DNA of 63,705 nucleotides from Pirellulales bacterium. Lineage in GTDB: Bacteria; Planctomycetota; Planctomycetia; Pirellulales; UBA1268. The stretch is from the NCBI GenBank assembly GCA_041746715.1, contig JBGTGN010000227.1:1-63705 (forward strand), written 5' to 3'. Position numbers and translations under genes: made by a program. Shown here piece after piece: positions 54,479 through 63,705 of this stretch (its first letter is position 1; the number at the start of each line of letters is the position of its first letter). The notes beneath the pieces were generated by a model. That model worked only from the letters and a program-made list of their open reading frames with translations, made no database searches and had not been told where the DNA came from.

Positions 54479-56752
54479 TCACGCAGGCGGCTTGAGCACC
54501 ATTCGCCAGGCGCGGTGCGGCCGACGGTCACGAAAGTCCTCGGGGATCGTGCGGGCTGTGACCTCGCGGATCGCGTAGCGAGCTGGAAGGCTTTCGGTAT
54601 CGAGGTGAAAGCGGCGGAAGTTGGTCGAGAAATAGACGACGCCGTCGGGTGCGAGATTGTCTGCGACCAGGCCAAGCAGTTCGGCGTGATTCCGCTCGAT
54701 ATCCCACGGCACGTCGCTCTTTGCCGATCGTGAGAACGTCGGCGGATCGACAACCACAAGGTCGAAGGGAGACTCGCCACGACGGGCTCGGTGAAGCAGG
54801 AAGGCTCTCGCCTCATCCCGAACCGTCCGGTGACGGCCAGCATCGGTGAAGCCATTCTTGGCGAGGTTGGTCCGCGTCCAGTCGAGGTAGGTGTTGGAAA
54901 GATCCACGCTCACGGTCTCCTTCGCACCCCCCGCCGCGGCATACACGCTGAATGCGCCGGTGTAGCAGAAGAGATTGAGCATCCGTTTTCCTGAGGCCTC
55001 GGCCCGCACGAGCGACCGGGTCGTGCGATGATCCAGGAAGAGCCCCGTGTCAAGGTAGTCGGAGAGATTCACCTCAAACGAAAGGTCGCCCTCCCGCACT
55101 GTGAGCATGTCCTTCTGCTCGCCGACTTTCTCGTACTGCGACGTCCCTCGCTGCCGCCTGCGTGCCTTCAAGAACGATCGCCCTGGAGCGACGCCAAGTT
55201 CGGATGCAGCCGCCTCCATCATTCGATCGAGCCAGACATCATGCTCGATCTCGCTCCGCTCATGAGGGCGGTCGTACTCCGCGGCATGCAGCCAGCCCGC
55301 ATACCAATCGATCGCCAGTGGAATCTCGGGGATATCACGGTCGTAGACGCGAAACGCCTCGATGTTCTGTCGGCGAGCCCACTTCGATAGGTGCTTGAAC
55401 CGCTTGGCCAAGCGACGCCGAAAGTCACCAATCTGGTCGCCCACCGCCCGCTTCACAGGCCGCGCTGGCGTCTCCGCTGATGGCGACTGCACGGCCTGCG
55501 ACCGCTCTCGAATCTCGACCTCCAAAAGCTTGCACGCGATCGGGCCGTTCATGAGCGGCACGCGGGCGGTCGTGCGGAGCCCGAAGTGTTTGGTGGCGGG
55601 AGTGTCGGCCGTCAGGATCGCCGCTCGCCACCCACCGCAACGGGCCACGAGCCAGTCGCCGAGTCGGCGGAGGATGGCCGCCGCGCGAGGGAGCGGCAGC
55701 CGTTCACCATACGGTGGATTCATGACGATGAACCCGTGCCCTGGCGGCGGCACGACCTCTTCAAAATGCTTCTGCTCGAGCGTGATCGCGTCGGCCACAC
55801 CGGCGCTCACCGCACACGACCGCGCCGCGGCGACGGCTTCAGGATCGAGATCGCTGGCATGAAAGCCGCTCTGCGTCGGCCGCACGCGGCCCTCGAGCGC
55901 GGCCACCAGTCGATCGGCGAGCGCACGGTCGTAGTCGCGAAAACGAAAAAATCCATGCCCCTTCCGACGCGCTCGCCAGAGGCCCGGTGCCATGCCTGCG
56001 GCGATGGTGGCCGCTTCAATGACAAGGGTGCCCGAGCCGCACATGGGGTCGAGCACGAGCTCGCCGGTAGTCACACCATCACTTCCGTGGCGTTCCTCAC
56101 CAGGCTGCCACCATCCCGCAAGAGCAAGGATTCCGGCCGCGAGCACCTCCGAGAGCGGCGCCTCCACCTCACCGGTCCGCCAGCCCCGCTGATGGAGCGA
56201 CCTCCCTGCGGCATCCCGGTAGATCGTGGCTACGTTGCCCACGAGGTGCAGCGCGAGCCGGAGCGTCGCCCCTCGCAGGCTCACACCCGGTCGTTTTCCA
56301 GCCGGCGTTCGCAACTGATCGACGACCGCGTCTTTGACGACCTGCGCGGCGTAGAGCGAGTGTGTCAGAAACGTGTCGTGAATTGCAGCATCCACGCGAA
56401 GCGTGTCGGCAACCTTGAGCTGCTCGGTCCAGTCCACCTCTTGCATTGCGGCATAGAGAGATTCTGGTGAGTCGACTCGAAATCTCCCGAGTGGCTCGAG
56501 CACACGGATCGCCGTCCGACATTCGAGTACCGTGCGATAGAGTAGCTCCCGCTCACCCCCCTCCGGTGCCGAAAACTCGATCGTCCGCCGTCCCACCCGG
56601 AGATTTACCGCGCCAAGGCTCTCGAGCTCCTTTGCGAGTACCCACTCGAGGCCACCAAGCGTGCGAGCGGTGAGTCGCGGAGACTCGTCAGCAATCGGGG
56701 CCGGCAGCGGCCTCGGCTCAGGACAAACATCGGGAAACGGTCGCGGCTGCAT
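54479..56752 (-). CDS. rlmL: Bifunctional 23S rRNA methyltransferase RlmKL (m2G2445/m7G2069)
   Basis: 757 aa. N-terminal THUMP domain, DPMCGSGTLVIEAA, VMNPPYGERL, and a C-terminal second SAM-methyltransferase domain (MLNLFCYTGAFSVYAAAGGA). Confidence 0.88.
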   Translation of the reverse strand: MQPRPFPDVCPEPRPLPAPIADESPRLTARTLGGLEWVLAKELESLGAVNLRVGRRTIEFSAPEGGERELLYRTVLECRTAIRVLEPLGRFRVDSPESLYAAMQEVDWTEQLKVADTLRVDAAIHDTFLTHSLYAAQVVKDAVVDQLRTPAGKRPGVSLRGATLRLALHLVGNVATIYRDAAGRSLHQRGWRTGEVEAPLSEVLAAGILALAGWWQPGEERHGSDGVTTGELVLDPMCGSGTLVIEAATIAAGMAPGLWRARRKGHGFFRFRDYDRALADRLVAALEGRVRPTQSGFHASDLDPEAVAAARSCAVSAGVADAITLEQKHFEEVVPPPGHGFIVMNPPYGERLPLPRAAAILRRLGDWLVARCGGWRAAILTADTPATKHFGLRTTARVPLMNGPIACKLLEVEIRERSQAVQSPSAETPARPVKRAVGDQIGDFRRRLAKRFKHLSKWARRQNIEAFRVYDRDIPEIPLAIDWYAGWLHAAEYDRPHERSEIEHDVWLDRMMEAAASELGVAPGRSFLKARRRQRGTSQYEKVGEQKDMLTVREGDLSFEVNLSDYLDTGLFLDHRTTRSLVRAEASGKRMLNLFCYTGAFSVYAAAGGAKETVSVDLSNTYLDWTRTNLAKNGFTDAGRHRTVRDEARAFLLHRARRGESPFDLVVVDPPTFSRSAKSDVPWDIERNHAELLGLVADNLAPDGVVYFSTNFRRFHLDTESLPARYAIREVTARTIPEDFRDRRPHRAWRMVLKPPA

Positions 56753-57010
56753 GGGAAGCGACTGTACCGTGCGCTCTCACGCGGGACCACAAGGGCGTGC
56801 CCTGGCGGCCCTGTGAATGGAACCCGTTTTCTCCCCTGGAGTCCTGAATCAGTTTCATGACCGGCGGGCCGAGTGTCACACGGATGTACCCAGTCCCGGA
56901 GGTCCTGAGCTCCGGGGGCATGCCGAGTTTCCACTCGGGGCTGCACGTGTCATGGAGCCGGCGTAGAAAACCAAGCGCAGCCAGGATGGCGAAGCGAAGG
57001 TTTTCTCCGA

Positions 57011-57787
57011 GTGCAGCGACGGGCCTGGATGCCCGTCGCAAACGTCCGGCGACATGACACGGGCAGCCCCGAGCCACGTAGGACGTTGCCAGCGGCAATC
57101 CGGCTTGCCGTTCTGACAGCCCTGGCGATATCACAACGTTGTTCGTCATCCCTTGCTGTACGCATCGTGGCCCGACTCTTTCGCAAAAAACCTCCAGGGC
57201 TCATCCCCCGACAGTTCCGCCGCGACGGTGCGATCTTCATCCACGTTCCCAAGTGTGCCGGCTCGGCGCTGCTCGATGCCTGGGTCGGCTACCAGACGGG
57301 TCACGTCACCGCCGAGCGATATCGGGAAGAAGACGCGGCCTTCTTTGCCAAGGCCTATGTGTTCACGTTCGTTCGTGATCCCCTGGCGCGGTTCGTGTCC
57401 GCCTACGACCACATCTCCACCGACGATCTCTGGGACTATCTGCCCGAGATGAAGCGGCTCATGGACCGCCACGGTAATTCCGTGGCTGAGGTCGCCGAGC
57501 GGCTCCAGCCCGACTCCGATCTGCTCACACTCCCCTGGTTCGCACCGCAGCACACGTTTCTCGAAATCCGCGGCCAACTCGCAGTCAATCGCGTCTTCAA
57601 GACCGAAACGTTCGCACGCGACCTCGACGTGATTCGTGCCGAGACACCGATTCAGTTTCGCGAGCTCGCCCCGGTCAATCGCCGCGGCAATGAGACGAGC
57701 CCCGCGGCGGATCGCCTCGGCCCGGCCGCCGTCACGAATCTTCGACGCATCTACGCCCGCGACCTCACGCTGTTTAGCTACTACTGA
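57011..57787 (+). CDS. Sulfotransferase family 2 protein
   Basis: IFIHVPKCAGSAL (5'-PSB-like) and FTFVRDPLARFVSAY (3'-PB-like). The start is uncertain. ATG 57011 gives an Arg-rich 50-aa leader, while GTG 57167 ((M)ARLFRKKPPG...) is a plausible alternative. Confidence 0.75.
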   Translation: MQRRAWMPVANVRRHDTGSPEPRRTLPAAIRLAVLTALAISQRCSSSLAVRIVARLFRKKPPGLIPRQFRRDGAIFIHVPKCAGSALLDAWVGYQTGHVTAERYREEDAAFFAKAYVFTFVRDPLARFVSAYDHISTDDLWDYLPEMKRLMDRHGNSVAEVAERLQPDSDLLTLPWFAPQHTFLEIRGQLAVNRVFKTETFARDLDVIRAETPIQFRELAPVNRRGNETSPAADRLGPAAVTNLRRIYARDLTLFSYY

Positions 57788-57827
57788 CGACACGCTCGCC
57801 GGGCCTTCCATGGCCCCGGCTCGCTTG

Positions 57828-57868
57828 CCCGACCTCCGTCGGGAAGTGAGCGACGCATCCGGCGTCGC
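57828..57868. terminator. Two GC hairpins between convergent genes (candidate bidirectional terminator, no U-tract)
   Basis: CCCGAC-ctcc-GTCGGG at 57828-57843 and GCGACGC-atccg-GCGTCGC at 57850-57868. They lie between the sulfotransferase stop (57787) and the carB stop (57883). Confidence 0.3.
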
Positions 57869-57882
57869 AGCAACTCAGCCAG

Positions 57883-60800
57883 TCACTGCACCACGGGGGC
57901 GGGAAACCGGTCCTGGATCGGCTGCACTCCGAGCGGCTCAGTTCGCAATCCTTCCATGGCACGCACACATGCCTCCGCAGCAGGGAGCGTCGTGATGCAG
58001 GGCACGCCGTAAAGCACACTCGCCGCGCGGATACGTCCCTCGTCGGTCCGCGCTCCTTTGCCCCGCGGCGTGTTGAAGATGAGTTGCACACGACCGTCGA
58101 TGAGGTGGTCAATCAGATTCGGATGCCCCTCCTGAAGTTTCTTGACGGTCTCCACGGCGATGCCGGCCGCGGCCAACGAGCGGGCCGTACCAGACGTCGC
58201 CATAAGGTCAAAGCCGAGATCAACCAGCCGCCGCGCCAGGCCCACCATCTGCTCCTTGGCCTGTTCGCTGGCGACACTCAGGAAAATTCGTCCCTGCGTC
58301 GGCAGGAGAATGCCAGCCGCAATCTGGCTTTTGGCGAAGGCGATCGCGAAATTGTCGCTGACACCCATCACCTCGCCGGTGCTCCGCATCTCGGGCCCGA
58401 GCGCGATATCGACGCCCGCAAACTTCACGAACGGAAACACACTCTCTTTCACGCTCACATGGGCGGGCTCGGGATCGGCCGTGACCCCCTGCTCAGCCAG
58501 GCTTGCGCCGGCCATGACCTTCACGGCCACCTTCGCAACCGGCAGCCCCGTTGCCTTCGCGACGAACGGCACGGTACGGCTGGCCCGCGGGTTCACCTCG
58601 ATGACATAGAGCGTGGGACGGGGAGCTCCTTCGGAATCAGTCTCTTTCTTGACAGCGAATTGGACATTCATGAGTCCTACGACCCCGAGGCTTCGTGCGA
58701 GGTTCGCTGCCGCCTCCTTGATCTCGGCAATGACCTCTTCCGACAGGCTGTGCGGGGGTATGCAGCAGGCCGAGTCGCCGGAGTGCACGCCCGCCTCTTC
58801 GATGTGTTCCATCACTCCGGCCACGATCACGTCTTGGCCATCGCAGATGCAGTCCACATCGACCTCGATGGCGTCTTCGAGAAACCGGTCGATGAGAACC
58901 GGTTGGCCCTGGGCGACGGCAAACGCCTCGGCCACATACCGCTCAAACTGGGCATGGTCGTAACAGATTTCCATCGCACGGCCGCCGAGCACGAAGCTGG
59001 GCCGCACGAGCGACGGGAAGCCAATCCGGGCCACTTCACGGCGGGCCTGCTCGAGTGTGCGAGCAATGCCACTCGCCGGCTGTCGGAGACCGAGCCGATC
59101 GAGGAGGCCCCGAAACTGCTCCCGGTCTTCGGCCATGTCGATCGTATCGACCGAAGTGCCGATGATCGGGAGGCCTGCGACATGGAGGGCGCGGGCGAGG
59201 TTGAGTGGTGTCTGGCCGCCGAGCTGCACGATCACGCCGTCGGGCTGGATGCGGTCGGCGATGTTGAGCACATCCTCGCAGGTGAGCGGCTCGAAGAAGA
59301 GCATGTCGCTGGTGTCGTAGTCGGTGCTCACGGTCTCGGGATTCGAGTTGACCATCACGCTTTCAATGCCGAGCTCGCGGAGCGCAAAACTCGCATGGCA
59401 GCAGCAGTAGTCAAACTCGATGCCCTGCCCGATTCGGTTGGGCCCGCCGCCGAGGATCATCACCCGCTTGCGACCCGGCTCCTTGGGCCGCGTCTCGTCT
59501 TCGTCTTCCCACGATGAGTAGTAGTAGGGCGTTTGCGCCTCGAATTCGGCGGCACAGGTGTCGACAGCCTTGTAGACCGCCACGATCCCACGCCGCTTCC
59601 GTTCGGCCCGCACCTCCATCTCCGACGAGCCCAGAAGCGTTGCCAACTGGCGATCGGCGAAGCCCGCCTGCTTCGCTGCTCGCCAGAGGCCGTCGTCAAT
59701 CGCCTCGAGTGATCCGACCGTCCGCAGGAGGCTTTCCATCTCGACGAGCTGATGAAGCTGATCGAGGAACCAGGGGTCGATCGCCGTGATCTCGTAGATC
59801 TCATCGACGGTGAGGCCGGCGAGCATGGCATACCGCAGGTACCACACACGGTCGGGGTCAGGCGAGGCGATCTTGGCACGGATGTCATCGACTCCAGGCT
59901 GGGCCGGCGTGCCCCAGAGATCCTTGCCGTCGCAGCCAAACCCAAAAGCCCCGACCTCGAGCCCTCGCAGCGCCTTCTGAAAGGCCTCCTTGAAGGTTCG
60001 GCCGATGGCCATCGTCTCGCCAACGCTCTTCATCTGCGTGGTCAGTCGCGGATCGGCCTCGGGAAACTTCTCGAAGGCAAACCTCGGCACCTTCACGACG
60101 ACATAGTCGATGGACGGCTCGAAACAGGCCATGGTACGCCGGGTGATGTCGTTTGGCAGTTCATGGAGTCGCCAGCCGACGGCGAGCTTGGCCGCGATTT
60201 TGGCGATCGGAAACCCGGTCGCTTTACTGGCCAGGGCCGATGAGCGACTCACCCGCGGGTTCATCTCGATCACCACCATCCGGCCGGTCTTCGGCTCGAC
60301 CGCAAACTGGATGTTGGAGCCACCGGTCGCCACGCCCACTGCCCGGATGACCGCGAAACTGGCGTCTCGCATCTTCTGATACTGGCGATCGGTGAGCGTC
60401 ATGGCCGGGGCCACGGTGATGGAATCACCGGTGTGGACCCCGCAGGCATCAAAATTCTCGATGGAGCAGATGACGACGGCGTTGTCGTCGGCATCCCGCA
60501 TCACCTCCATCTCGTATTCCTTCCAGCCGAGGATCGACTCCTCGACGAGCACCTCAGTCACCGGTGAGAGGTCGAGGCCTCGCTGAACCTTGGTATCAAA
60601 TTCCTCACGGTTGAACGCAATACCCGAGCCCGAACCGCCGAGGGTAAAACTCGGCCGGATCACCGCTGGCAGGCCAATCTCTGCCACCGCCTCCCGTGCC
60701 TCGGCCAAGCTCCGAACGATGCGACTCCGACATGATTCGAGGCCGATCGTGTCCATGAGGGCCTTGAACACCTCACGGTCTTCGCCCCGCTGGATGGCAT

Positions 60801-61161
60801 CGGCCTTGGCGCCGATCATCTCAACGCCGTGCTTGGCGAGGATGCCGCGGCGTTCGAGCTCCATGGCCAGGTTGAGTGCCGTCTGGCCGCCGAGCGTAGG
60901 GAGCACGGCGTCTGGTTTCTCGGCTTCAATGACCTTCTCGAGCATCTCCACCGTGAGCGGCTCGATGTAGGTGCGGTCGGCCGTACCCGGGTCGGTCATG
61001 ATCGTGGCCGGGTTCGAATTCACGAGCACGACACGGTATCCGTCTTCGCGGAGGGCCTTGCAGGCCTGCGTGCCCGAGTAGTCGAACTCACAGGCCTGGC
61101 CGATGACGATGGGCCCGGAACCGATAAGGAGAATCGTGTGGATGTCGTCGCGGCGTGGCAT
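57883..61161 (-). CDS. carB: Carbamoyl-phosphate synthase large subunit
   Basis: 1092 aa. [37 protein letters not shown]..., duplicated ATP-grasp halves, and a C-terminal MGS-like domain. Confidence 0.97.
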   Translation of the reverse strand: MPRRDDIHTILLIGSGPIVIGQACEFDYSGTQACKALREDGYRVVLVNSNPATIMTDPGTADRTYIEPLTVEMLEKVIEAEKPDAVLPTLGGQTALNLAMELERRGILAKHGVEMIGAKADAIQRGEDREVFKALMDTIGLESCRSRIVRSLAEAREAVAEIGLPAVIRPSFTLGGSGSGIAFNREEFDTKVQRGLDLSPVTEVLVEESILGWKEYEMEVMRDADDNAVVICSIENFDACGVHTGDSITVAPAMTLTDRQYQKMRDASFAVIRAVGVATGGSNIQFAVEPKTGRMVVIEMNPRVSRSSALASKATGFPIAKIAAKLAVGWRLHELPNDITRRTMACFEPSIDYVVVKVPRFAFEKFPEADPRLTTQMKSVGETMAIGRTFKEAFQKALRGLEVGAFGFGCDGKDLWGTPAQPGVDDIRAKIASPDPDRVWYLRYAMLAGLTVDEIYEITAIDPWFLDQLHQLVEMESLLRTVGSLEAIDDGLWRAAKQAGFADRQLATLLGSSEMEVRAERKRRGIVAVYKAVDTCAAEFEAQTPYYYSSWEDEDETRPKEPGRKRVMILGGGPNRIGQGIEFDYCCCHASFALRELGIESVMVNSNPETVSTDYDTSDMLFFEPLTCEDVLNIADRIQPDGVIVQLGGQTPLNLARALHVAGLPIIGTSVDTIDMAEDREQFRGLLDRLGLRQPASGIARTLEQARREVARIGFPSLVRPSFVLGGRAMEICYDHAQFERYVAEAFAVAQGQPVLIDRFLEDAIEVDVDCICDGQDVIVAGVMEHIEEAGVHSGDSACCIPPHSLSEEVIAEIKEAAANLARSLGVVGLMNVQFAVKKETDSEGAPRPTLYVIEVNPRASRTVPFVAKATGLPVAKVAVKVMAGASLAEQGVTADPEPAHVSVKESVFPFVKFAGVDIALGPEMRSTGEVMGVSDNFAIAFAKSQIAAGILLPTQGRIFLSVASEQAKEQMVGLARRLVDLGFDLMATSGTARSLAAAGIAVETVKKLQEGHPNLIDHLIDGRVQLIFNTPRGKGARTDEGRIRAASVLYGVPCITTLPAAEACVRAMEGLRTEPLGVQPIQDRFPAPVVQ

Positions 61162-61326
61162 GGAGAGGGTCGTGGGGCGAGAAAAAACAAATTTCCCGAG
61201 CGTAGCATCATCCCGTGTCGGATTTCAACGAGCCGCGTCGATTCGCGGTGTTCGTAGGCCGTTGCCGCACACGGGCTATAGTTCGGCGTTATCCGAGGCC
61301 ATCCACCCCTCTCTATAAGGACCGCC

Positions 61327-61881
61327 ATGCCGATCCCTTCCCCTGCCCTCGACTCGCTTCGCGAAACACTCCCCGAGGAATTCAAGGACACGAGGCTCAA
61401 TCTCGCGAGCGTGCTCGCCGGGGAAAATCTTGCCGACTCGCAGGCCTGGGGCGTGGCCCTCGCCTGTGCCTTTTTCGAGCGTTCAGCCATGCTCGCGGCA
61501 GCCCTTGAAAGCGACATCACGGCCGGCCTCGGCGACACCGGCCCCGCCGTGATCTCAGACGCCAAGGCCGCCGCCGGCCTCATGGCGATGAACACGGTCT
61601 ACTACCGCTCTCGTCACATGATCGCTCACGCGACCGGCAAGGAGAGCTACGCGGTGAGGTCGCCGAGGCTCCGGATGCAACGGATGGCCAAGCCGGTGAC
61701 GTCGGCGACCGACTTCGAGCTCATGAGCCTCGCCTGCGCGGCGCTCGCAGGCTGCGAGTTCTGCCTCGGTAGCCACGAGGCCAAGCTCGTAGCCGAAGGC
61801 GTGAGCGAGGAAGCCTGCCACGATGCCGTGCGCATCGCCGCCGTCATCGCCGCCGCCGCGTGTGGATACGACATTCCGTAG
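61327..61881 (+). CDS. ahpD: Alkylhydroperoxidase AhpD-family protein (carboxymuconolactone decarboxylase fold)
   Basis: 184 aa. LRETLPEEFKDTRLNLASVL N-terminus and the active-site block LAGCEFCLGSHEAKL (CxxC...H). Confidence 0.8.
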   Translation: MPIPSPALDSLRETLPEEFKDTRLNLASVLAGENLADSQAWGVALACAFFERSAMLAAALESDITAGLGDTGPAVISDAKAAAGLMAMNTVYYRSRHMIAHATGKESYAVRSPRLRMQRMAKPVTSATDFELMSLACAALAGCEFCLGSHEAKLVAEGVSEEACHDAVRIAAVIAAAACGYDIP

Positions 61882-61884
61882 CGA

Positions 61885-62208
61885 TCAGGCCAGCTCGCGG
61901 AGATAGTCGAGCGTGTAGATGCCGCTCGAGTGGCCGTCGGAAAACTCGATCGAGTAGGCGTATTGGCCAACGGGCGTCATGCCCACGACCGCGAGCGGGA
62001 GCGCTTCGTGGGGCGTGAGAACCGGCAAGAGGGTCGTGGCGACGGGCGCTGCCCGCTTGTCGCGACACGTGGCGCAAGGGCAGGCGTCACGAAGGAGACG
62101 CGGTGGGTAGATGGCCGTGCGACCGTCGCTCCACAGGATCTCGATAGCCGGCGGACGACCAGGCTCGGTCTCGCGGCGGGCGATACTGGTCGGAAGCGGC
62201 TGCGTCAC
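61885..62208 (-). CDS. DUF971 domain protein (gamma-butyrobetaine-hydroxylase N-terminal-like)
   Basis: IEILWSDGRTAIYPPRLLRDACPCATCRD...YAYSIEFSDGHSSGIYTLDYLREL. GTG 62208 forms a GTGA overlap with the upstream stop. The track ATG at 62253 would overlap that gene by 49 nt. Confidence 0.75.
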   Translation of the reverse strand: MTQPLPTSIARRETEPGRPPAIEILWSDGRTAIYPPRLLRDACPCATCRDKRAAPVATTLLPVLTPHEALPLAVVGMTPVGQYAYSIEFSDGHSSGIYTLDYLRELA

Positions 62209-63533
62209 GGTGAAGTCTCGGGGGCTTGCTTGTGAACGGCGGCTCGGTTGCAACGGCGATCGACAAGACGACGGCCTTTGCCCTCGAACCGTGGCAGGCT
62301 GCCAAACGGCACAGTGCTCACTGTCACTTTGAGGCCAAGCCGAAGCTCGAGCTCTTTGGCCACGCGAGCCGGGTCGTCGAGTCGATCCTCAATCTCCAAA
62401 CTGAGTACGTCGAGACTTCCGCGGGTCGCCACTGTCAGGCGATGCTCAACCACCTCAGGAAAGCTCCTCGCGATGTCGTCGATCGCGCCAGGAAAGATGT
62501 TGACACCCCGCACCACGAGCATGTCATCGACCCGTCCGAGGATGCCTCCCTCGAGTCGCACCCAGGGAGAAGCTCCCTCGGACAGATCCGAATCGGTCGT
62601 CCAGACAGGGCGAACGACGTCGCCGGTGCGGTAGCGAATCACGGGGGCGCCGGTGCGACCGAGCGTGGTGAGTACGAGCTCGGCAAGCTCCCCCGGGCCA
62701 GCGGGGCGACCGCTATCGAGCGCGAGGAACTCTGGATGAAACGCCGTCTCGATCACATCAAGCCCGCCGCCAACCATGTCGCCAACGCCCCACGGCCCCA
62801 CCTCAGTGGCCCCCGCATGGTCGAGGACATCACTCCCCCAGGCGTCAGCAATTCGCGCCCGCGTGGCCGGGATCGAGCCACCGGGCTCACCAACGACGAC
62901 GACGAGTCGCACCGATGTCGCTGCCAAGTCAATCTTGTTTTCCTTCGCGACTTCCGCGAGGTGGAGGGCATAGCTCGGTGTCGCCACGAGGACGGTCGCG
63001 GCGAGACTGCGGGCGAGCTGAAGACGTCCCAGGCTCGGCATGCCGCCGGTGGGAATGGCCAGGGCCTCTCTCGCTACGACCGCATCGAAGCAGCTCCAGA
63101 AGCCTGCGTAAGGGCCAAACGACGATGCCACGAGCACACGGTCGCTTGGCCGCACGCCGCCGCGGTCGAGGATCACCCTCCAGCACTCCATCCACCAAGC
63201 CCAGTCGTCAGGCGTGTCGAAGACTGGAAGCGGTCGGCCGTGCGTGCCGCTTGTCTGGTGGAACCGGGTATACCGCTCGACTGGCCATGTGAGATTGCCA
63301 GGAATGCCATTCTCGGCAGCAGCGACGAGCCCTTCCTTGAACGTAAACGGCCACGAGGCGAGGTCGTCGAGCGACGCCAGTTCCTGCGCAGCGACGCGAC
63401 CGAGCTTGGCCGCATAGAACTTATTATGCGGCAGGATATCCCGCACAAGCCCGAGCAGGCGGTCGAGCTTGAACGCGTCGAGCGCGGCCCGTGTTGGAGG
63501 AGCGGCTCGGTCAGACGGAGCGGATTCGGCCAT
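62205..63533 (-). CDS. Phenylacetate-CoA ligase (PaaK)/coenzyme F390 synthetase-like adenylate-forming enzyme
   Basis: 442 aa. FHQTSGTHGRPLPVFDT (AMP-binding P-loop variant), YRTGDVV, VVRGVNIFP and a C-terminal ACT-like tail, all typical of the PaaK-like family. Confidence 0.8.
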   Translation of the reverse strand: MAESAPSDRAAPPTRAALDAFKLDRLLGLVRDILPHNKFYAAKLGRVAAQELASLDDLASWPFTFKEGLVAAAENGIPGNLTWPVERYTRFHQTSGTHGRPLPVFDTPDDWAWWMECWRVILDRGGVRPSDRVLVASSFGPYAGFWSCFDAVVAREALAIPTGGMPSLGRLQLARSLAATVLVATPSYALHLAEVAKENKIDLAATSVRLVVVVGEPGGSIPATRARIADAWGSDVLDHAGATEVGPWGVGDMVGGGLDVIETAFHPEFLALDSGRPAGPGELAELVLTTLGRTGAPVIRYRTGDVVRPVWTTDSDLSEGASPWVRLEGGILGRVDDMLVVRGVNIFPGAIDDIARSFPEVVEHRLTVATRGSLDVLSLEIEDRLDDPARVAKELELRLGLKVTVSTVPFGSLPRFEGKGRRLVDRRCNRAAVHKQAPETSP

Positions 63534-63542
63534 ACCGATAGA

Positions 63543-63705
63543 TTATGGCAGGCCGAGACTCGGAATTCCCTGCTGAGGCGAGTTTTGCGGAGGCGGCTGG
63601 AGTCCTTGCCACGGAGCGGGCGACTGCGGTGGGAGCATGAGCCCCTGGTCGGGCGGCGGCGCGAAGCCCTGCGGCGCCGGGAGCGGCTGGGGGGCAAACT
63701 GCTGG
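63543..63705 (-). CDS. 3' end of a gene truncated by the window edge, with a Pro/Gln-rich C-terminal tail
   Basis: My translation of the open minus-strand frame is ...QQFAPQPLPAPQGFAPPPDQGLMLPPQSPAPWQGLQPPPQNSPQQGIPSLGLP*, with TAA at 63543-63545, 9 nt before the PaaK-like ATG. It looks more protein-like than the Arg-rich track ORF 63173..63697. Confidence 0.35.
   Translation of the reverse strand, partial: QQFAPQPLPAPQGFAPPPDQGLMLPPQSPAPWQGLQPPPQNSPQQGIPSLGLP

Noticed and set aside
61162-61326. A PyrR-type or other attenuator in the carB/ahpD divergent spacer (…TATAGAGAGGGGTGG… on the carB strand, and a CCGCG-N6-CGCGG hairpin).
   Set aside because: There is only a weak resemblance to the UCCAGAGAGG PyrR loop, and it sits next to the ahpD start rather than the carB start. 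This is insufficient evidence.
63173-63697. A 174-aa TTG-initiated minus-strand ORF at the right edge.
   Set aside because: It is Arg-rich (MPPSRSRRRRASRRRPTRG...) and overlaps the well-supported PaaK-like gene. The Pro/Gln-rich frame ending at 63543 is a better candidate for the real upstream gene.

Overview
This is a GC-rich bacterial chromosomal segment, and the gene content looks Planctomycetota-like. Supporting this are a Tat-signal DUF1501 protein paired with a DUF1549/DUF1553 protein, an FGly-type sulfatase, and several lineage-restricted hypothetical proteins. I call about 70 protein genes. By eye I saw no rRNA, tRNA, CRISPR array, transposase, integrase or phage gene.

Bases 1613-42739 form one co-directional minus-strand block of about 41 kb. 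Its core is the ribosomal-protein supercluster rpsJ-rplC-rplD-rplW-rplB-rpsS-rplV-rpsC-rplP-rpmC-rpsQ-rplN-rplX-rplE-rpsN-rpsH-rplF-rplR-rpsE-rplO-secY-adk-map-rpmJ-rpsM-rpsK-rpsD-rpoA-rplQ (32015 down to 15681). Transcriptionally upstream of it lies rpmA-obg-coaX-rsfS-argS-fusA. Downstream lie a DUF1549/1553 + DUF1501 pair, a MATE pump, speA, nadE, three lineage-type hypotheticals, pckA, a MEKHLA protein, a glutathione peroxidase and a GT39/GT2 pair.

The right third (42.7-63.7 kb) is mixed-strand. It holds aroB, two degenerate receiver-like proteins, a PAP2-like protein, a DevCAB-like exporter, recQ, a sulfatase, rlmKL, a sulfotransferase, carB, ahpD, and a DUF971 + PaaK-like ligase pair.

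Most of the window is ordinary core genome, and I do not see a recognisable defence or mobile system. The stretches least explained by known families are:
- 39.0-42.7 kb: a 558-aa secreted protein of unknown family where rplU is expected, then a 530-bp spacer with locally low G+C, an orphan ParA and a single-pass membrane partner.
- 44.07-45.7 kb: a palindrome cluster, an AT-rich island, a small prepilin-like ORF and two tandem pseudo-receiver paralogues.

Method note: the ORF track renders GTG and TTG starts as M. I re-read start codons and Shine-Dalgarno spacing by hand, so several coordinates differ from the track. All family assignments come from motif recognition by eye. No database search was run.
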